Below the pieces are notes generated by a model. That model had not been told where the DNA came from. It searched no databases and was given only the letters and a program-made list of their open reading frames with translations. Of a stretch of 64,000 nt of DNA, positions 19,023 to 30,600 are shown one piece after another. The DNA is from an uncultured bacterium (lineage in GTDB: Bacteria; Krumholzibacteriota; Krumholzibacteriia; G020349025). The translations under genes and the position numbers were made by a program. The stretch lies in contig CAZMNW010000020.1 of assembly GCA_964567755.1 (NCBI GenBank), positions 110,434 through 174,433 on the forward strand. Reading direction: 5' to 3'. Each line of letters opens with the position of its first letter. Positions within the stretch are counted from its first letter, which is position 1.

Positions 19023-19103
19023 GTGCGGCCCCTCACGAGGCCCGAATGCGTTTCCTGGTTGGAGAGGTCCCGGGGGAGATGGTACCCTCCCTCAGGAATC
19101 ATC
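19023..19103 (+). promoter_or_regulatory. conserved 5-prime leader element with hairpin (GGGGGAG...CTCCCTC) preceding paralog 2
   Basis: About 80 bp nearly identical to 24486-24565 upstream of paralog 4; stem-loop ends about 14 nt before the ATG. Confidence 0.4.
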
Positions 19104-21770
19104 ATGACTTGCTACTGCCGATGGGCACGCCGCGGGCGAAACGCTGTCCAGGACGGACTGCGTACTTTGGTGTGCACGGCCACTTTTCTCCTCTTGTCGT
19201 GGAATGGCATTGAGGCTGGTGCCGTCGAAGGCGACGAGCACTGGCGGGGCGGCTTCGTTTGGCCGGGACCCGGGCTCAATGCGGCAGCCTCGGCAATGAT
19301 CGTCTACCAGGGGAAGCTCATCGTCGGCGGCGGATTCACGCTCGCCGGGGGCATCGAAGTCGGTCGCATCGCTCAATGGGACGGGACGACCTGGAGTAGT
19401 CTAGGTTCCGGAGTGACGATCTACCCAGGCCGCGCCGGGGTCCGCGCACTCACGGTCCACGGCGACACCCTCTACGCCTTCGGAACCTTCGACCATGCCG
19501 GAGGAGTTCCTGCAGCGAACTTCGCGGCCTGGGACGGAGTGCATTGGAGTCCAAGGAGCTTCGCGTTTCCTCAAGGAGTGCAACTCGTGACCCGATACCT
19601 GGTGGCTGGCTTGGATGACAAGGTCTACGTGTCGGGCGAGTTCAGACAGGGAACCGAGCTATTCCAAGGGTTGGCGGAATGGGACGGGGTGAACTCGAGG
19701 TTCCTGGCCACGGCGAATCCATCGAGGGAGCAGCTTGGTGTTTTTGCCCTCGCCGCGTATCAAGGCAAGCTCGTCGCCGGAGGACAATTCGTCACGATCG
19801 GCGGCGTTGCTGCGAAGAACATCGCCACCTGGGATGGGACGGGTTGGAGCGAGCTCGGAGGCGGCGTCGGCGGCACCGGCTCGGTCAGCAGGTTGCTGGT
19901 ATACGACGGTCGCCTCATCGTGGCGGGACAACTCACGGTGGCCGGCATTGTGAACAACATCGCGGCATGGGATGGTGTGTCGTGGCATCGGCTCGGCGCG
20001 GGAACGAACGGCTTCATCAGCAATCTCGTCGAAGTCGACGGGAAGTTGGTCGTTTCCGGCAGCTTCACGCGGGCGGGTGGAGTCGAGACCTCGCTTGCGC
20101 AGTGGGACGGTGCTGCGTGGAGCGCGGTCGAGGGCTGGCCGCTTGGAAGTACCGCAACCCGCCTCGCGGCCTTCGGTGGAGAACTCGTGGTCGCCGGGTT
20201 GGTCTTCCGTGTGGGCGATCTGGAAGCGACCTACATCGCAGCATGGGATGGAAACACATGGCGGGTCTTGGATGGACGCGACACACGAGTAGGGATGGGT
20301 CTCAATCGGGCTGCGACGAGTTTCGCCACCTACGGCGAAGACCTGTTGGTCGGCGGGCCATTCGAGTATGCGGGAAGCGTCGCCGCGAAGGGCCTCGCGC
20401 TCTGGGATGGAGTCAAGTGGAGCTCCCTCGGGCTCGATGCGGACAATGTGAACGACATCGTGGTGGATGGCGACCGGATCTTCTTGTCCGGGCAGTTCGT
20501 TGATCCTTCCAACAGTGCGCGCTATAACCTCGCCATCTGGGACGGGGGCTCGTGGCGGTACATGAACGCACCCATGGCATTCCCCAATGAGCTGATCATT
20601 CACGAAGAGAAGCTGATCGTATCCGGATCCTCCAGTATCTCAGAGTGGGATGGAAGCTTCTGGCGTTCCCTCGGACCGGTGAGCGGTGACATTTTCAGTC
20701 TCCTCCAATACGACGGCAGGCTGATCGCCTCTGGCTCTTTCATATCGATCGGGGGTGTCGAGGCCGGGAGCATCGCGCAGTGGGATGGAACGGCCTGGCA
20801 TCCCCTCGGGAGTGGGCTGGCAGACGCGAATTCGATTTCTTCACTCGAGGTTCATTCTGGGAAACTGGTCGCGGCTGTGAGATCTAACGACAACTTTCCG
20901 GCAGTATACGTGGCAGTCTGGGACGGCGAGAGTTGGACCTCTCTTCCGAGCGTGAATAATGGGATCTTTGCCTTGAAATCGCACGAAGGCGGGCTCTTCG
21001 TCGGCGGTCTCTTCACCGAGGCAGGCGGCGTGGTGGCCTCGTCCGTCGCGCGCTGGGATGGCACGAGGTGGAGCCCGATGGGATCCGGCTGCGATTGGGC
21101 GGTCCTGGGGTTTGGGTCATGGAAAGGCGAGCTCTATGTCGGCGGAGAATTCAATCTCGCCGGCGGACGATCTGCGGATGGCCTCGCACGCTGGGACGAC
21201 ACGCCGGTAGCGCTCACAGTGTCGGATCTGCAGGCGGTGCCAATCGACGACGATGTGCTCGTACGTTGGCGTACGGCTGGAGACGTGGAAGATCTTTTGG
21301 GATTCCATGTCTTCCGCGAGGTCGACGGCGGCGAGCGTGTGCGCGTCACACCAACGCTTCTACACGGGAACACGTTCTACGAGCACCGCGATCTCGACGC
21401 GCCTGCTGGATCCCTACGTTATTGGCTTGCCGCAGTCGATCGATCGGGTACATCGACCTGGTATGGACCGATGGAGGTACGGGGGGCGATCGGATCGACA
21501 GCGCTCCTCGGCAGCTGGCCGAGCCCATTCGTGTCAGGCACGCGAGTCCATTTCAGGTTGTCCACTTCGGGACCTGCGGCACTCGATGTTTACGACGTAC
21601 GAGGGCGTCTGGTGTCACGTCTGCTGCAGGAGGAGTTCCCCGCCGGAAGACACGTGGTGCAATGGGATGGCCGTGACCAGGCGGGGCGTCCGTTGTCGCC
21701 AGGCATCTATTTCATTCGGCTCGGCACGCACGACGGGGTCCTTGCACACAAGCTCACGAAGGGGCGATGA
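19104..21770 (+). CDS. beta-propeller-like repeat protein with FlgD-Ig-like C-terminal domain, paralog 2
   Basis: N-terminus MTCYCRWARRGRNAVQ...; same repeat architecture and C-terminal domain as paralog 1; stop overlaps the start of paralog 3 (ATGA). Confidence 0.8.
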   Translation: MTCYCRWARRGRNAVQDGLRTLVCTATFLLLSWNGIEAGAVEGDEHWRGGFVWPGPGLNAAASAMIVYQGKLIVGGGFTLAGGIEVGRIAQWDGTTWSSLGSGVTIYPGRAGVRALTVHGDTLYAFGTFDHAGGVPAANFAAWDGVHWSPRSFAFPQGVQLVTRYLVAGLDDKVYVSGEFRQGTELFQGLAEWDGVNSRFLATANPSREQLGVFALAAYQGKLVAGGQFVTIGGVAAKNIATWDGTGWSELGGGVGGTGSVSRLLVYDGRLIVAGQLTVAGIVNNIAAWDGVSWHRLGAGTNGFISNLVEVDGKLVVSGSFTRAGGVETSLAQWDGAAWSAVEGWPLGSTATRLAAFGGELVVAGLVFRVGDLEATYIAAWDGNTWRVLDGRDTRVGMGLNRAATSFATYGEDLLVGGPFEYAGSVAAKGLALWDGVKWSSLGLDADNVNDIVVDGDRIFLSGQFVDPSNSARYNLAIWDGGSWRYMNAPMAFPNELIIHEEKLIVSGSSSISEWDGSFWRSLGPVSGDIFSLLQYDGRLIASGSFISIGGVEAGSIAQWDGTAWHPLGSGLADANSISSLEVHSGKLVAAVRSNDNFPAVYVAVWDGESWTSLPSVNNGIFALKSHEGGLFVGGLFTEAGGVVASSVARWDGTRWSPMGSGCDWAVLGFGSWKGELYVGGEFNLAGGRSADGLARWDDTPVALTVSDLQAVPIDDDVLVRWRTAGDVEDLLGFHVFREVDGGERVRVTPTLLHGNTFYEHRDLDAPAGSLRYWLAAVDRSGTSTWYGPMEVRGAIGSTALLGSWPSPFVSGTRVHFRLSTSGPAALDVYDVRGRLVSRLLQEEFPAGRHVVQWDGRDQAGRPLSPGIYFIRLGTHDGVLAHKLTKGR

Positions 21771-24427
21771 GACTCAACTGCCGATGGGCACGCCGCGGGC
21801 GAACCACTGTCCAGGACAGACCGCGTGCGTTGGTGTGCGGCGTCATGATCGTCGCTCTTTCGCTCACCTCGAGTGGCTGGCAGGCGAGCGCTCTCGAAGG
21901 TGACGAACACTGGCGGAGCAACTTCCTTTGGCCGGGACCCGGAGTCAACGGCATTCCCTCGGCAGCGATCGTTCACGACGGGAAGCTCGTCGTCGGCGGT
22001 GCGCTCACGCTCGCGGGAGGCACCGAAGTCGGCCGCATCGCACAATGGGACGGCACGAACTGGAGCGGTCTTGGTTCCGGGATGACCTACTATCCAGGCA
22101 GCTGCTTCGTCAACGCACTCGCCATCTACCGGGACACGCTCTACGCCTACGGTAACTTCGACCGCGCCGGAGGAGTGCCTGCAACGGACTTCGCCGCCTG
22201 GGACGGAATGCAATGGACCCCTCGGGAGTTCGCATTTCCCCCCGGGGTTCAACTCGTGAACCAGTATCTGATCGCTGGCTTGGACGACAAACTCTACGTG
22301 TCGGGCACGTTCGAGCAAGGGGGCATGAGCTTCCAAGGTTTGGCGGAATGGAACGGAGCGAGCTGGAGATTCATTGCCACGGCGAGGGTGGGGGACCTTT
22401 ACATTCTTGATCTCGCCTTGTACCAGGGCAAGCTCGTTGCCGGGGGACAGTTCACGACGATCGGCGGCGTGGTTGCGAGGCATATCGCCGCATGGGATGG
22501 AATGATCTGGAGCGAGCTCGGAGGCGGGCTCGACGCGGGCTCGAATGATGTCAGCAAGCTGGTGGTGTACGAAGGCGAACTCGTCGTGGCTGGGGAATTC
22601 ACGGTGGCTGGGGTCGTCGTCAACATCGCGGCATGGGACGGTACGACTTGGAAGCGACTCGGTGCCGGAACCAACGGCTGGGTGAATAATCTCGTGGCTT
22701 TCGACGGGAAGTTGATTGCTTCCGGCGGTTTCACGCGAGCGGGAGGCGTCGAGACGTCGTTCGCACAGTGGGACGGTACAACATGGAGCGCGGTCGCGGG
22801 CTGGCCCCTCGGACAGGTCGTCCACCACTTGGTCGTCTTCGGTGGGGATCTTGTTGTGACTGGGTCTTTCCTTACCATCGGCGATCTAGAGGCGAGCTAC
22901 ATCATAGCTTGGGACGGCAACACGTGGCGTGCCTTGGATGGTCGCGGCGTGCGTGAGGGGTTGGGTCTCGATCGGGGGGCGACCAGTTTCGTTCCCTACG
23001 GCGAGGATCTTCTGGTCGGAGGGGCGTTCGAGTTTGCGGGAAGCATTGCCGCGAAGGGTCTCGCACGCTGGAATGGAGCCAAATGGAGCTCCTTCGGGCT
23101 CGAGGCGGACAACGTGAACGGGATCGCGGTGGACGGCGACCGGATCTTCGTGTGCGGGGGGTTCGTCGATCCTTCCAACGGCGCACGCTACAACGTTGCC
23201 ACCTGGGACGGGGGCTCGTGGCGATACTCCAATGCACCCCCATACTTCCTCTACGAGCTGATCATTCACGAAGGGAAGCTGGTGGTCATGGGTACTTCCG
23301 GCATCCACGAGTGGGATGGAAGCTCCTGGCGGGTTGTCGGCACGACATACGGCGGCATCTACAGTCTCTTTCAGTACGACGGCAAGCTGATCGCCTCTGG
23401 TGGTTTCACGACGATCGGGGGTGTCGAGGCCCAGAAGATCGCGCAGTGGGATGGAACGGCCTGGACTCCGCTCGGGGGTGGTTTTGCAGATGCACGGTAT
23501 GTCTCTCAGCTCGGGGTTCACGATGGGAAACTCGTCGCGGCCGTGTCTGGGGGACTTGCGCCTGCGTACGTGGCGGTGTGGGATGGCACGAGCTGGAGCT
23601 CTCTTCCGGGCATGAACGATCGAATCCTCGCATTGACATCGCACGAAGGCAGTCTCTTCGCCGGCGGTCTGTTCACCGAAGCAGGTGGCGTAGTGACCTC
23701 GCGCATCGCGCGCTGGGATGGCGTGAGCTGGAACCCAATGGGATCCGGCTGCGATTGGGCGGTCACGGGGTTTGGATCGTGGAAAGGCGTGCTCTATGTC
23801 GGCGGAGAATTCAATCTCGCCGGCGGACGCCCCGCGGATTGCCTGGCGCTTTGGGATGACACGCCGGTCGCGCTTGCGGTGTCAGACCTGCGGGCCGAAC
23901 GAGTCGATGCAGATGTGCTCGTGACATGGCGTGCGGGCGGAGACCTGGAGGATCTCGTGGGGTTCCATGTCTACCGCGAAGACGATGACGGCGTGCGGAA
24001 GCGCCTCACCTCGACGCTTCTGCATGGAAACACAGTCTACGAGCACCGCGATCTCGCCGCGCCTGCAGGATCGCTGCGCTATTGGCTGGTCGCAGTCGAC
24101 CGATCGGGTGCGTCGACCTGGCACGGACCGGTGAACGTGCAGGGGACTATCGGAACGACGGCGCTCCTCGGCATCTGGCCGAACCCGTTCGTGTCGAGCA
24201 CGCGAATCGGTTTCGAATTGTCCTCCCCGGGACCTGCGGCGCTCGATGTTTACGACGTACGCGGACGACTGGTGACCCGCCTGATGACACGGACGGTCGG
24301 CACCGGCCGCCACGAGGCGATGTGGGATGGATGCGCCTCGTCACGCGCGGTGGCGCCCGGCGTCTATTGGGTTCGGCTCGCGACGCCGACGGGATTGCAT
24401 TCCGCCAAGCTGATCAAGTCGAAATAG
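21767..24427 (+). CDS. beta-propeller-like repeat protein with FlgD-Ig-like C-terminal domain, paralog 3
   Basis: N-terminus MRLNCRWARRGRTTVQ...; same repeats; C-terminus IWPNPFVSSTRIGFELSSPGPAALDVYDVRGRLVTRLM...VYWVRLATP. Confidence 0.8.
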   Translation: MRLNCRWARRGRTTVQDRPRALVCGVMIVALSLTSSGWQASALEGDEHWRSNFLWPGPGVNGIPSAAIVHDGKLVVGGALTLAGGTEVGRIAQWDGTNWSGLGSGMTYYPGSCFVNALAIYRDTLYAYGNFDRAGGVPATDFAAWDGMQWTPREFAFPPGVQLVNQYLIAGLDDKLYVSGTFEQGGMSFQGLAEWNGASWRFIATARVGDLYILDLALYQGKLVAGGQFTTIGGVVARHIAAWDGMIWSELGGGLDAGSNDVSKLVVYEGELVVAGEFTVAGVVVNIAAWDGTTWKRLGAGTNGWVNNLVAFDGKLIASGGFTRAGGVETSFAQWDGTTWSAVAGWPLGQVVHHLVVFGGDLVVTGSFLTIGDLEASYIIAWDGNTWRALDGRGVREGLGLDRGATSFVPYGEDLLVGGAFEFAGSIAAKGLARWNGAKWSSFGLEADNVNGIAVDGDRIFVCGGFVDPSNGARYNVATWDGGSWRYSNAPPYFLYELIIHEGKLVVMGTSGIHEWDGSSWRVVGTTYGGIYSLFQYDGKLIASGGFTTIGGVEAQKIAQWDGTAWTPLGGGFADARYVSQLGVHDGKLVAAVSGGLAPAYVAVWDGTSWSSLPGMNDRILALTSHEGSLFAGGLFTEAGGVVTSRIARWDGVSWNPMGSGCDWAVTGFGSWKGVLYVGGEFNLAGGRPADCLALWDDTPVALAVSDLRAERVDADVLVTWRAGGDLEDLVGFHVYREDDDGVRKRLTSTLLHGNTVYEHRDLAAPAGSLRYWLVAVDRSGASTWHGPVNVQGTIGTTALLGIWPNPFVSSTRIGFELSSPGPAALDVYDVRGRLVTRLMTRTVGTGRHEAMWDGCASSRAVAPGVYWVRLATPTGLHSAKLIKSK

Positions 24428-24485
24428 AGCCCCGTTGTGAAGGCGCCTGCGACGAGGCGAGCCGTAAACGGACCTTGAAACCAAT

Positions 24486-24565
24486 GTGGCCCCTCTCGAG
24501 GCCCGAATGCGTTCCCTGGTTTGGAGAGGTCTCGGGGGAGATGGTAGTCTCCCTCTGGAATCATC
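24486..24565 (+). promoter_or_regulatory. conserved 5-prime leader element with hairpin GGGGGAGA-tggtag-TCTCCCTC (24534-24555) preceding paralog 4
   Basis: Near-identical to 19023-19103; 8-bp stem with one G-U wobble. Confidence 0.4.
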
Positions 24566-27236
24566 ATGACTTGCTACTGCCGATGGGCGCGCCGCTCGCG
24601 AACCGCTGTCCTGGATAGGCAGCGGGCTTTTTGCACGGCAACTCTTCTCCTCTTCTTCTTCTCGTGGAACGGCATGACGGCTGGCGCCCTCGAGGGCGAC
24701 GAGCACTGGCGGGGCCGCTTCGTTTGGCCCGGGGCCGGGTTCAATAGCGGACCCTCGACGATGATCGTCTACCAGGGGAAGCTCATCGTCGGCGGCGGTT
24801 TCACGCTTGCGGGGGGGAACCGAAGTTGGTCGCATCGCGCAATGGGACGGCATGACCTGGAGCGGCCTTAGTTCGGGGATGACGGTCTACCCGGGAAGTG
24901 CCCTAGTCAACAAACGCGCTGTCTACCGTGACACGCTCTGCGCCTCCGGCGTCTTCGATCACGCAGGTGGAGTTCCTGCAGAGAACTTTGCTGCCTGGGA
25001 TGGAGTGCAATGGAGTCCGGGGAGCTTCGCATCGACTGCCGGGGTGCAACTGGTGACTCCTCGTCTAGTGGTTGGCGTGGAGAACAATCTCTACGTGTTG
25101 GGCGGTTTCAAGCAGGGAACCACGTCCCTCGCAGGCCTGGCGGAATGGAATGGCGTGAACTGGAGATTCCTGCCCACGAAAAATCCGTCGGCAGGGACGT
25201 TTTCCATTAGTGACCTCGCCGTGTATCAGGGCAAGCTCGTCGTCGGAGGGCAATTCACCATGATCGGCGGCGTTGCCGCGAGGAACATCGCCACCTGGGA
25301 CGGGATTGGTTGGAACGAGCTCGGAGGCGGCGTCGGGGACACCGGTTACGTCAGCAAGTTGCTGGTGTACGACGGTCGCCTCATCGTGGCTGGACGATTC
25401 ACGCTGGCTGATGCCGTGAACAACATCGCAGCATGGGACGGTGTGGCATGGCATCGGCTCGGCGCGGGAACGAACGACTCCATCGGCGAGCTCGTCGAAG
25501 TCGGCGGAAATCTCATCGCTTCCGGCAGCTTCACGCGGGCGGGCGGAGTCGAGGCCTCGCTGGCCCTGTGGGACGGTGCCGCGTGGAGCGCGGTCGCCGG
25601 CTGGCCGCTTGGGCAGGACGCTTACCGCATGATCACCTTCGGTGACGAACTCGTGGTGGTCGGGTCGTTTTTCCGTATCGGCGACCTGGAAGTAGCCAAC
25701 ATCGCAGCATGGGATGGGAACACGTGGCGTGTCCTGGATGGACGCAGCATGCGAGCAGGGCTGGGTCTCGATGCGGCGCCGACCAGTTTCGTTCCCTACG
25801 GCGAGGACCTTTTAGTCCGCGGGGACTTCGAGTTTGCAGGGAACATGGCCGCGAATGGCCTCGCGCGCTGGGATGGAGCCAAATGGAGCTCCTTCGGGCT
25901 CGATGCGGACCGAGTGAGCGAACCCGTGGTGGATGGCGACCGGGTCTTCGTGTGCGGGTCGTTCGTCGATCCTTCCAATGGCGCACGCTACAACCTCGCC
26001 ACATGGGACGGGGGCTCGTGGCGATACGCGAATGCACCCATAGCATCCCCTGGTAGACTGATCATTCACGAAGGGAAGCTGGTCGTATCAGGTTTCTCCG
26101 ATATCGAAGAGTGGGATGGAAGCTCCTGGCGTTCCCTAGGACCGGTGAGCGGCAACATTTCCAGTCTCCTCCAATACGACGGCAGGCTGATCGCCTCTGG
26201 CGATTTCACGACGATCGGCGGTGTCGAGGCGCAGAACATTGCGCAGTGGGATGGAACGGCCTGGACTCCGCTCGGGAGTGGACTGGCAAACGCCCGGAAT
26301 GTCTCAGATCTCGGGGTTCACGATGGGGAACTCGTCGCGGCCGTGCTTGGGGGATTCCCGCTTGGGTACGTGGCGGTCTGGGATGGTGTGAGCTGGAGCT
26401 TTCTTCCTCGTATGAACGATCGTATTCTGGCCCTGAAATCACACGAAGGTAGTCTTTTCGCCGGCGGTCTCTTCACCGAAGCGGGCGGCGTGGTGGCGTC
26501 GCGCATCGCACGCTGGGATGGCTCGAGCTGGAACCCGATGGGATCCGGCTGCGATTGGGCGGTCATGGGGTTCGGATCGTGGAAAGGCGTGCTCTATGTC
26601 GGCGGGAACTTCAATCTCGCCGGTGGACGCCCCGCGGACTGCTTGGCGCTTTGGGACGACACCCCGGTGCCGGTCGCGGTGTCGGAACTGCGGGCCGAAC
26701 GAGTCGATGCAGATGTGCTCGTAACTTGGCGTGCGGGCGGAGACCTGGGGGATCTCGTGGGGTTCCATGTCCTCCGCGAAGGCGATGATGGCGTACGGAA
26801 GCGCCTCACGTCGACACTTCTGCATGGAAGCACAGTCTACGGGCACCGCGATCTCAGCGTGCCTGCAGGATCGCTGCGCTATTGGCTGGCGGCAGTCGAC
26901 CGATCGGGCGACTCGACCTGGTACGGGCCGGTGAACGTGCAGGGGACGATCGGAACAACAGCGCTCCTCGGCATCCGGCCGAACCCATTCGTGTCGAGCA
27001 CGCGAATCGATTTCGAGTTGTCCACCCCGGGACCTGCGGCGCTCGATGTTTACGACGTACGTGGACGACTGGTGATCCGACTGATGGCACGCACGATCGG
27101 CGCCGGCCGCCACGAGGCGATGTGGGACGGACGCGGGAGCCCGACCCATGCGGCGGCCCATGGGATCTATTTTGTTCGCCTGGCAACTCCCAAGGGATTG
27201 CTATCCATCAAGCTCATCAAGTCGCCTTCGAAGTAG
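24566..27236 (+). pseudogene. beta-propeller-like repeat protein paralog 4, disrupted by +1 frameshift in a G7 homopolymer (24814-24820)
   Basis: Track ORF 24566..24871 (MTCYCRWARRSR...FTLAGGNRSWSH) and ORF 24807..27236 (...GGTEVGRIAQWDG...) are the same gene in two frames; the junction lies at gcGGGGGGGaacc, where paralogs 2 and 3 read gcgggaggcacc (one base fewer). Confidence 0.7.
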
Positions 27237-27246
27237 TTCCGGACCG

Positions 27247-27607
27247 CCGGACCTCCGTAGATTTACGGATGGCTCTTGCTCCTGTGTGGCTCTCCCTCGC
27301 CGTCGTGCCACCGACTTGGACTTCCGCCGACCCGTATTGCCACTCGATTGCGTTTCCCTTGAGTGAGAGGTCTTGCGTGAAGGTGGTACCCTCTTGCTGG
27401 AATCAGACAAGGTTTGGTACGGGCGGATGGTGCGCCTTCGGCGCACCCATGCTCGCGATGGAACATGCGCCGTTTTGGGCTCGGTCACGCTCTTCGCCTT
27501 TTCCCCTCTCCAGAAGCGGCATGCAGGCTGAGGCTGCCGAGGGCGACGAGTCTTGGTGGGGTGGCTTCGTTTGGCTGGGGCCCAGGGTAAACGCTCACGA
27601 CGCGTGA
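27247..27607 (+). pseudogene. remnant of a fifth beta-propeller paralog (leader plus first ~60 codons only)
   Basis: 27380-27600 is homologous to the leader and N-terminal coding region of paralogs 2 and 4 (ggtaccctcttgctggaatcag...; MQAEAAEGDESWWGGFVWLGP vs AGALEGDEHWRGRFVWPGAG); homology stops at about 27600 with an in-frame TGA. Confidence 0.5.
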
Positions 27608-27645
27608 CGAGTGGATGGTCCGGAAGCTCGCGAAAGGACGAGAGA

Positions 27646-30600
27646 GTGGTGAACCAACCAGATTCTCGCCAGCGCGCGCGCGCGTTCCTTCGCATGTGCG
27701 ATCGAAGCGGGCGCGTGTGGGCGTGCGTCTATCTGTTCTTGCACATGGGCTTGCTTCTCCCCGCCACGGCTCACGCCCAGCCACCGCTCTTGAGCGCGGA
27801 TCCTGTGTGGGTCTCGCCTTCCCACGCGACTCGCGGCCTCGCTCTCGGCGACGTGGACATGGATGGCGATTTGGATCTCGTGCTCGGCAACTTCCGCGAG
27901 GCAACGACGCTGCATCTCAACCAGGGCGGGCGTTTCGATCCTGCACCGGCGTGGTCGTCACCGGTTCAGCCGACGACGAGCGTGGCGCTCGGCGACGTGA
28001 ACGGAGATGGCGCCATCGATCTCGTGTGTGGCAATGTGAATCAAAGCTCACGATTGTACCTCAACGTGGGGGGCCGGTTCGGAGATACGCACAACTGGCT
28101 TTCCGAAGGCCATGCCACAGAGGACGTCGCGCTGCTGGACGTGGAGGGCGACGGTGATCTCGATCTCATCTGCGCCAACCAAGACCGAAGCGTGCTCTAC
28201 CTGAACGAAAATGACCAACTCGGCAATGTTCCGCACTGGAATTTCCTCACCAGTGCATCGGCAACAGCATGTGGCGACTTGGATGGAGATGGGGATCTCG
28301 ACGTGGTGTTCGGCACATCTCCGAAAGCATCGTTCCATCGCAATGAAGGCGAGATTTTCTCGAGCGCCATCAACTTCTCGCAAGACCAGTCGACTTCGGG
28401 CATCGCCTTGGGAGACGTGAATGGAGATGGCGATCTCGATGTCGTCCTCGGAGGCAGCAGCACGACGACGCTCTATCTGGGCCAGGGAAGTTCCTTCAAA
28501 GTTTTCCCGGATTGGATTCTCCAAGCCCCGAACACCACGGACATTGCGCTAGGAGACGTGGACGGAGATGGAGATCCAGATCTCGTCTGCGGCCATGCTG
28601 ATCAAAGCACGAAGTTTTACCTCAATGAATCCGGGACGTTCACCAACACTCCGTCGTGGACGTCGCAAGTGCACGCGACGCAGAACATTGTGTTGGGCGA
28701 CGTGGACGGCGACGGCTGGATCGATCTCGTGTGCGGCAACGAGGATGAAGGCACGGTGCTCTATACCAATACGGCTGGACGTTTCGACGCAACCCCTGTT
28801 TGGTCGTCCTCGGAGTTCCGCACGTTCGATGTGGTGCTCGAAGACGTGGATGGGGATCACGACTTGGACGTGTTCCTCGGCAACTCTGGCCAGAGCACCA
28901 TGCTCTATCTCAACGCCGGGGGGACGCTGAGCGCTTCGCCCATCGACGTGTCGCGAGCACACTTCACGCAGGGGATCGCCGTCGGCGATGTGGATGGCGA
29001 CGGTGACCCAGATCTAGTCTGCGGCAACGGGCTCTTCGGCAACACTCTCTATCTCAATGTCGGAGGTGTGTTCGGTCCCGACCCGGTGTGGACTTCGCGG
29101 CCGCATGGAACGCTCGACGTGGCACTTGGAGATGTCGATGGGGACGGTGACTCGGACCTCGTGTGCGGCAATCCATTCCAGCCAACTGTGCTGTATCGCA
29201 ACGAAGGCGGACGCTTCGGCAGTGAACCCGCTTGGATGTCGCAACTTCACGATACCCGCAGCGTCGCGCTGGGCGACGTGGATGTCGACGGAGATCTGGA
29301 TCTAGTCTGTGGCAACATCAATCAGCGCACGACGCTCTATCGCAACGAGAACGGAATTCTCGGGACTGTGCCATTTTGGTTTTCGCAGGCGCATGCGACT
29401 GCGGACGTCGCGCTGGGCGATATCGACGGCGATCGCAGACCCGATCTTGTCTGTGCCAACACCAACCAGGAAAGCGTCGTTTATCGTAACGAGGGGGCGG
29501 GTTTCGGCGACGCTCCCCATTGGCTGTCCAAGACTCAGGCGACAGCCGCGGTCACGCTGGGCGACGTGGACGCCGACGGCAGGCTCGATCTCCTTTTCGC
29601 CAATCACGCCGAGCCGGCGACGATTTACCTCAACGGGGAGTCCGGTCTCGCGGCCGCTCCCGCATGGTCGTCACCAGTGCAAACGGCGAGCAGCATCGCC
29701 GCAGGGGACCTGGATTTGGATGGTGATCTCGACTTCCTCTGTGGAGGCAACATGCAGAGCTCGAGGTTGTACACTGGAACCTCGAGCCGTCCTTTCCGAG
29801 GCAATCCTCAGACGCCCGTACATCACTTGCCCAATCAGGATGCCGCACTGCGCTACGCGCACGTCGAGGTGCAGGGCGCGAATTGGGCTGCAGTGCGCTT
29901 GTTGGCGGTCGACCTCGAGTCGGATCCAGTGTGGATCCTGGCGGAGTATCAGTTCCGTGGCGAGCCCGAATGGCATCCTGTGGATTCGGCTGACACTTCA
30001 GGGCTTTTCGGACCGTTCGACACCTCGCCTCTCGGTGCCGCGCACGTGCTGTCATGGAAGTTGGATCGCATCCCCGTCGATCCCCGCCCGGTCGTCCTGC
30101 GGTTGAAGGCGATCTCTCACCCGCGCCGCACGGGTGAGATTCGCCACATTGGCGCTTCTCTCGTGGATGTGGGTGTGGTCGACGTGCGGCGACCGGTCAT
30201 CGCCGCATCCGTTTCCACTCTGGAGTTTTCCACCGTTACCGTGGGCGACACGGTGACGGCAATGGTCACGATCTCCAATCGTGGCAACGAGCTGCTCACG
30301 TTGAATCAGGTCGTAACTGCCTCGCCGGAGCTACGCGTCGCGCAATCTACGCCTTTCGCCATCGACCCAGCGGGACACGTCGACCTGGAGGTATTCCTCG
30401 AGCCGCTCGCTCCACGCCTCGACTGGGGAGATCTCTCGATCGAGAGCAACGACCCGTCCACGCCACTGCTCACCATCGATATCGCGACGGATGTGCGCGA
30501 CTTGTCGTTCACCGCACGGCTGCTCACAGCGACACCGGAGGTCCCCGTGGGCCAAGCGCTCACGGCCGTGCTCACGCCCGCGGCTCTGGTCCGGATCGAA

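Noticed and set aside
19659-23644. Antisense ORFs within the beta-propeller array (19659..20603 -, 21707..22828 -, 22886..23644 -)
   Set aside because: Sense-strand ORFs have coherent repeat architecture, signal peptides and a conserved C-terminal domain; antisense ORFs are low-complexity.
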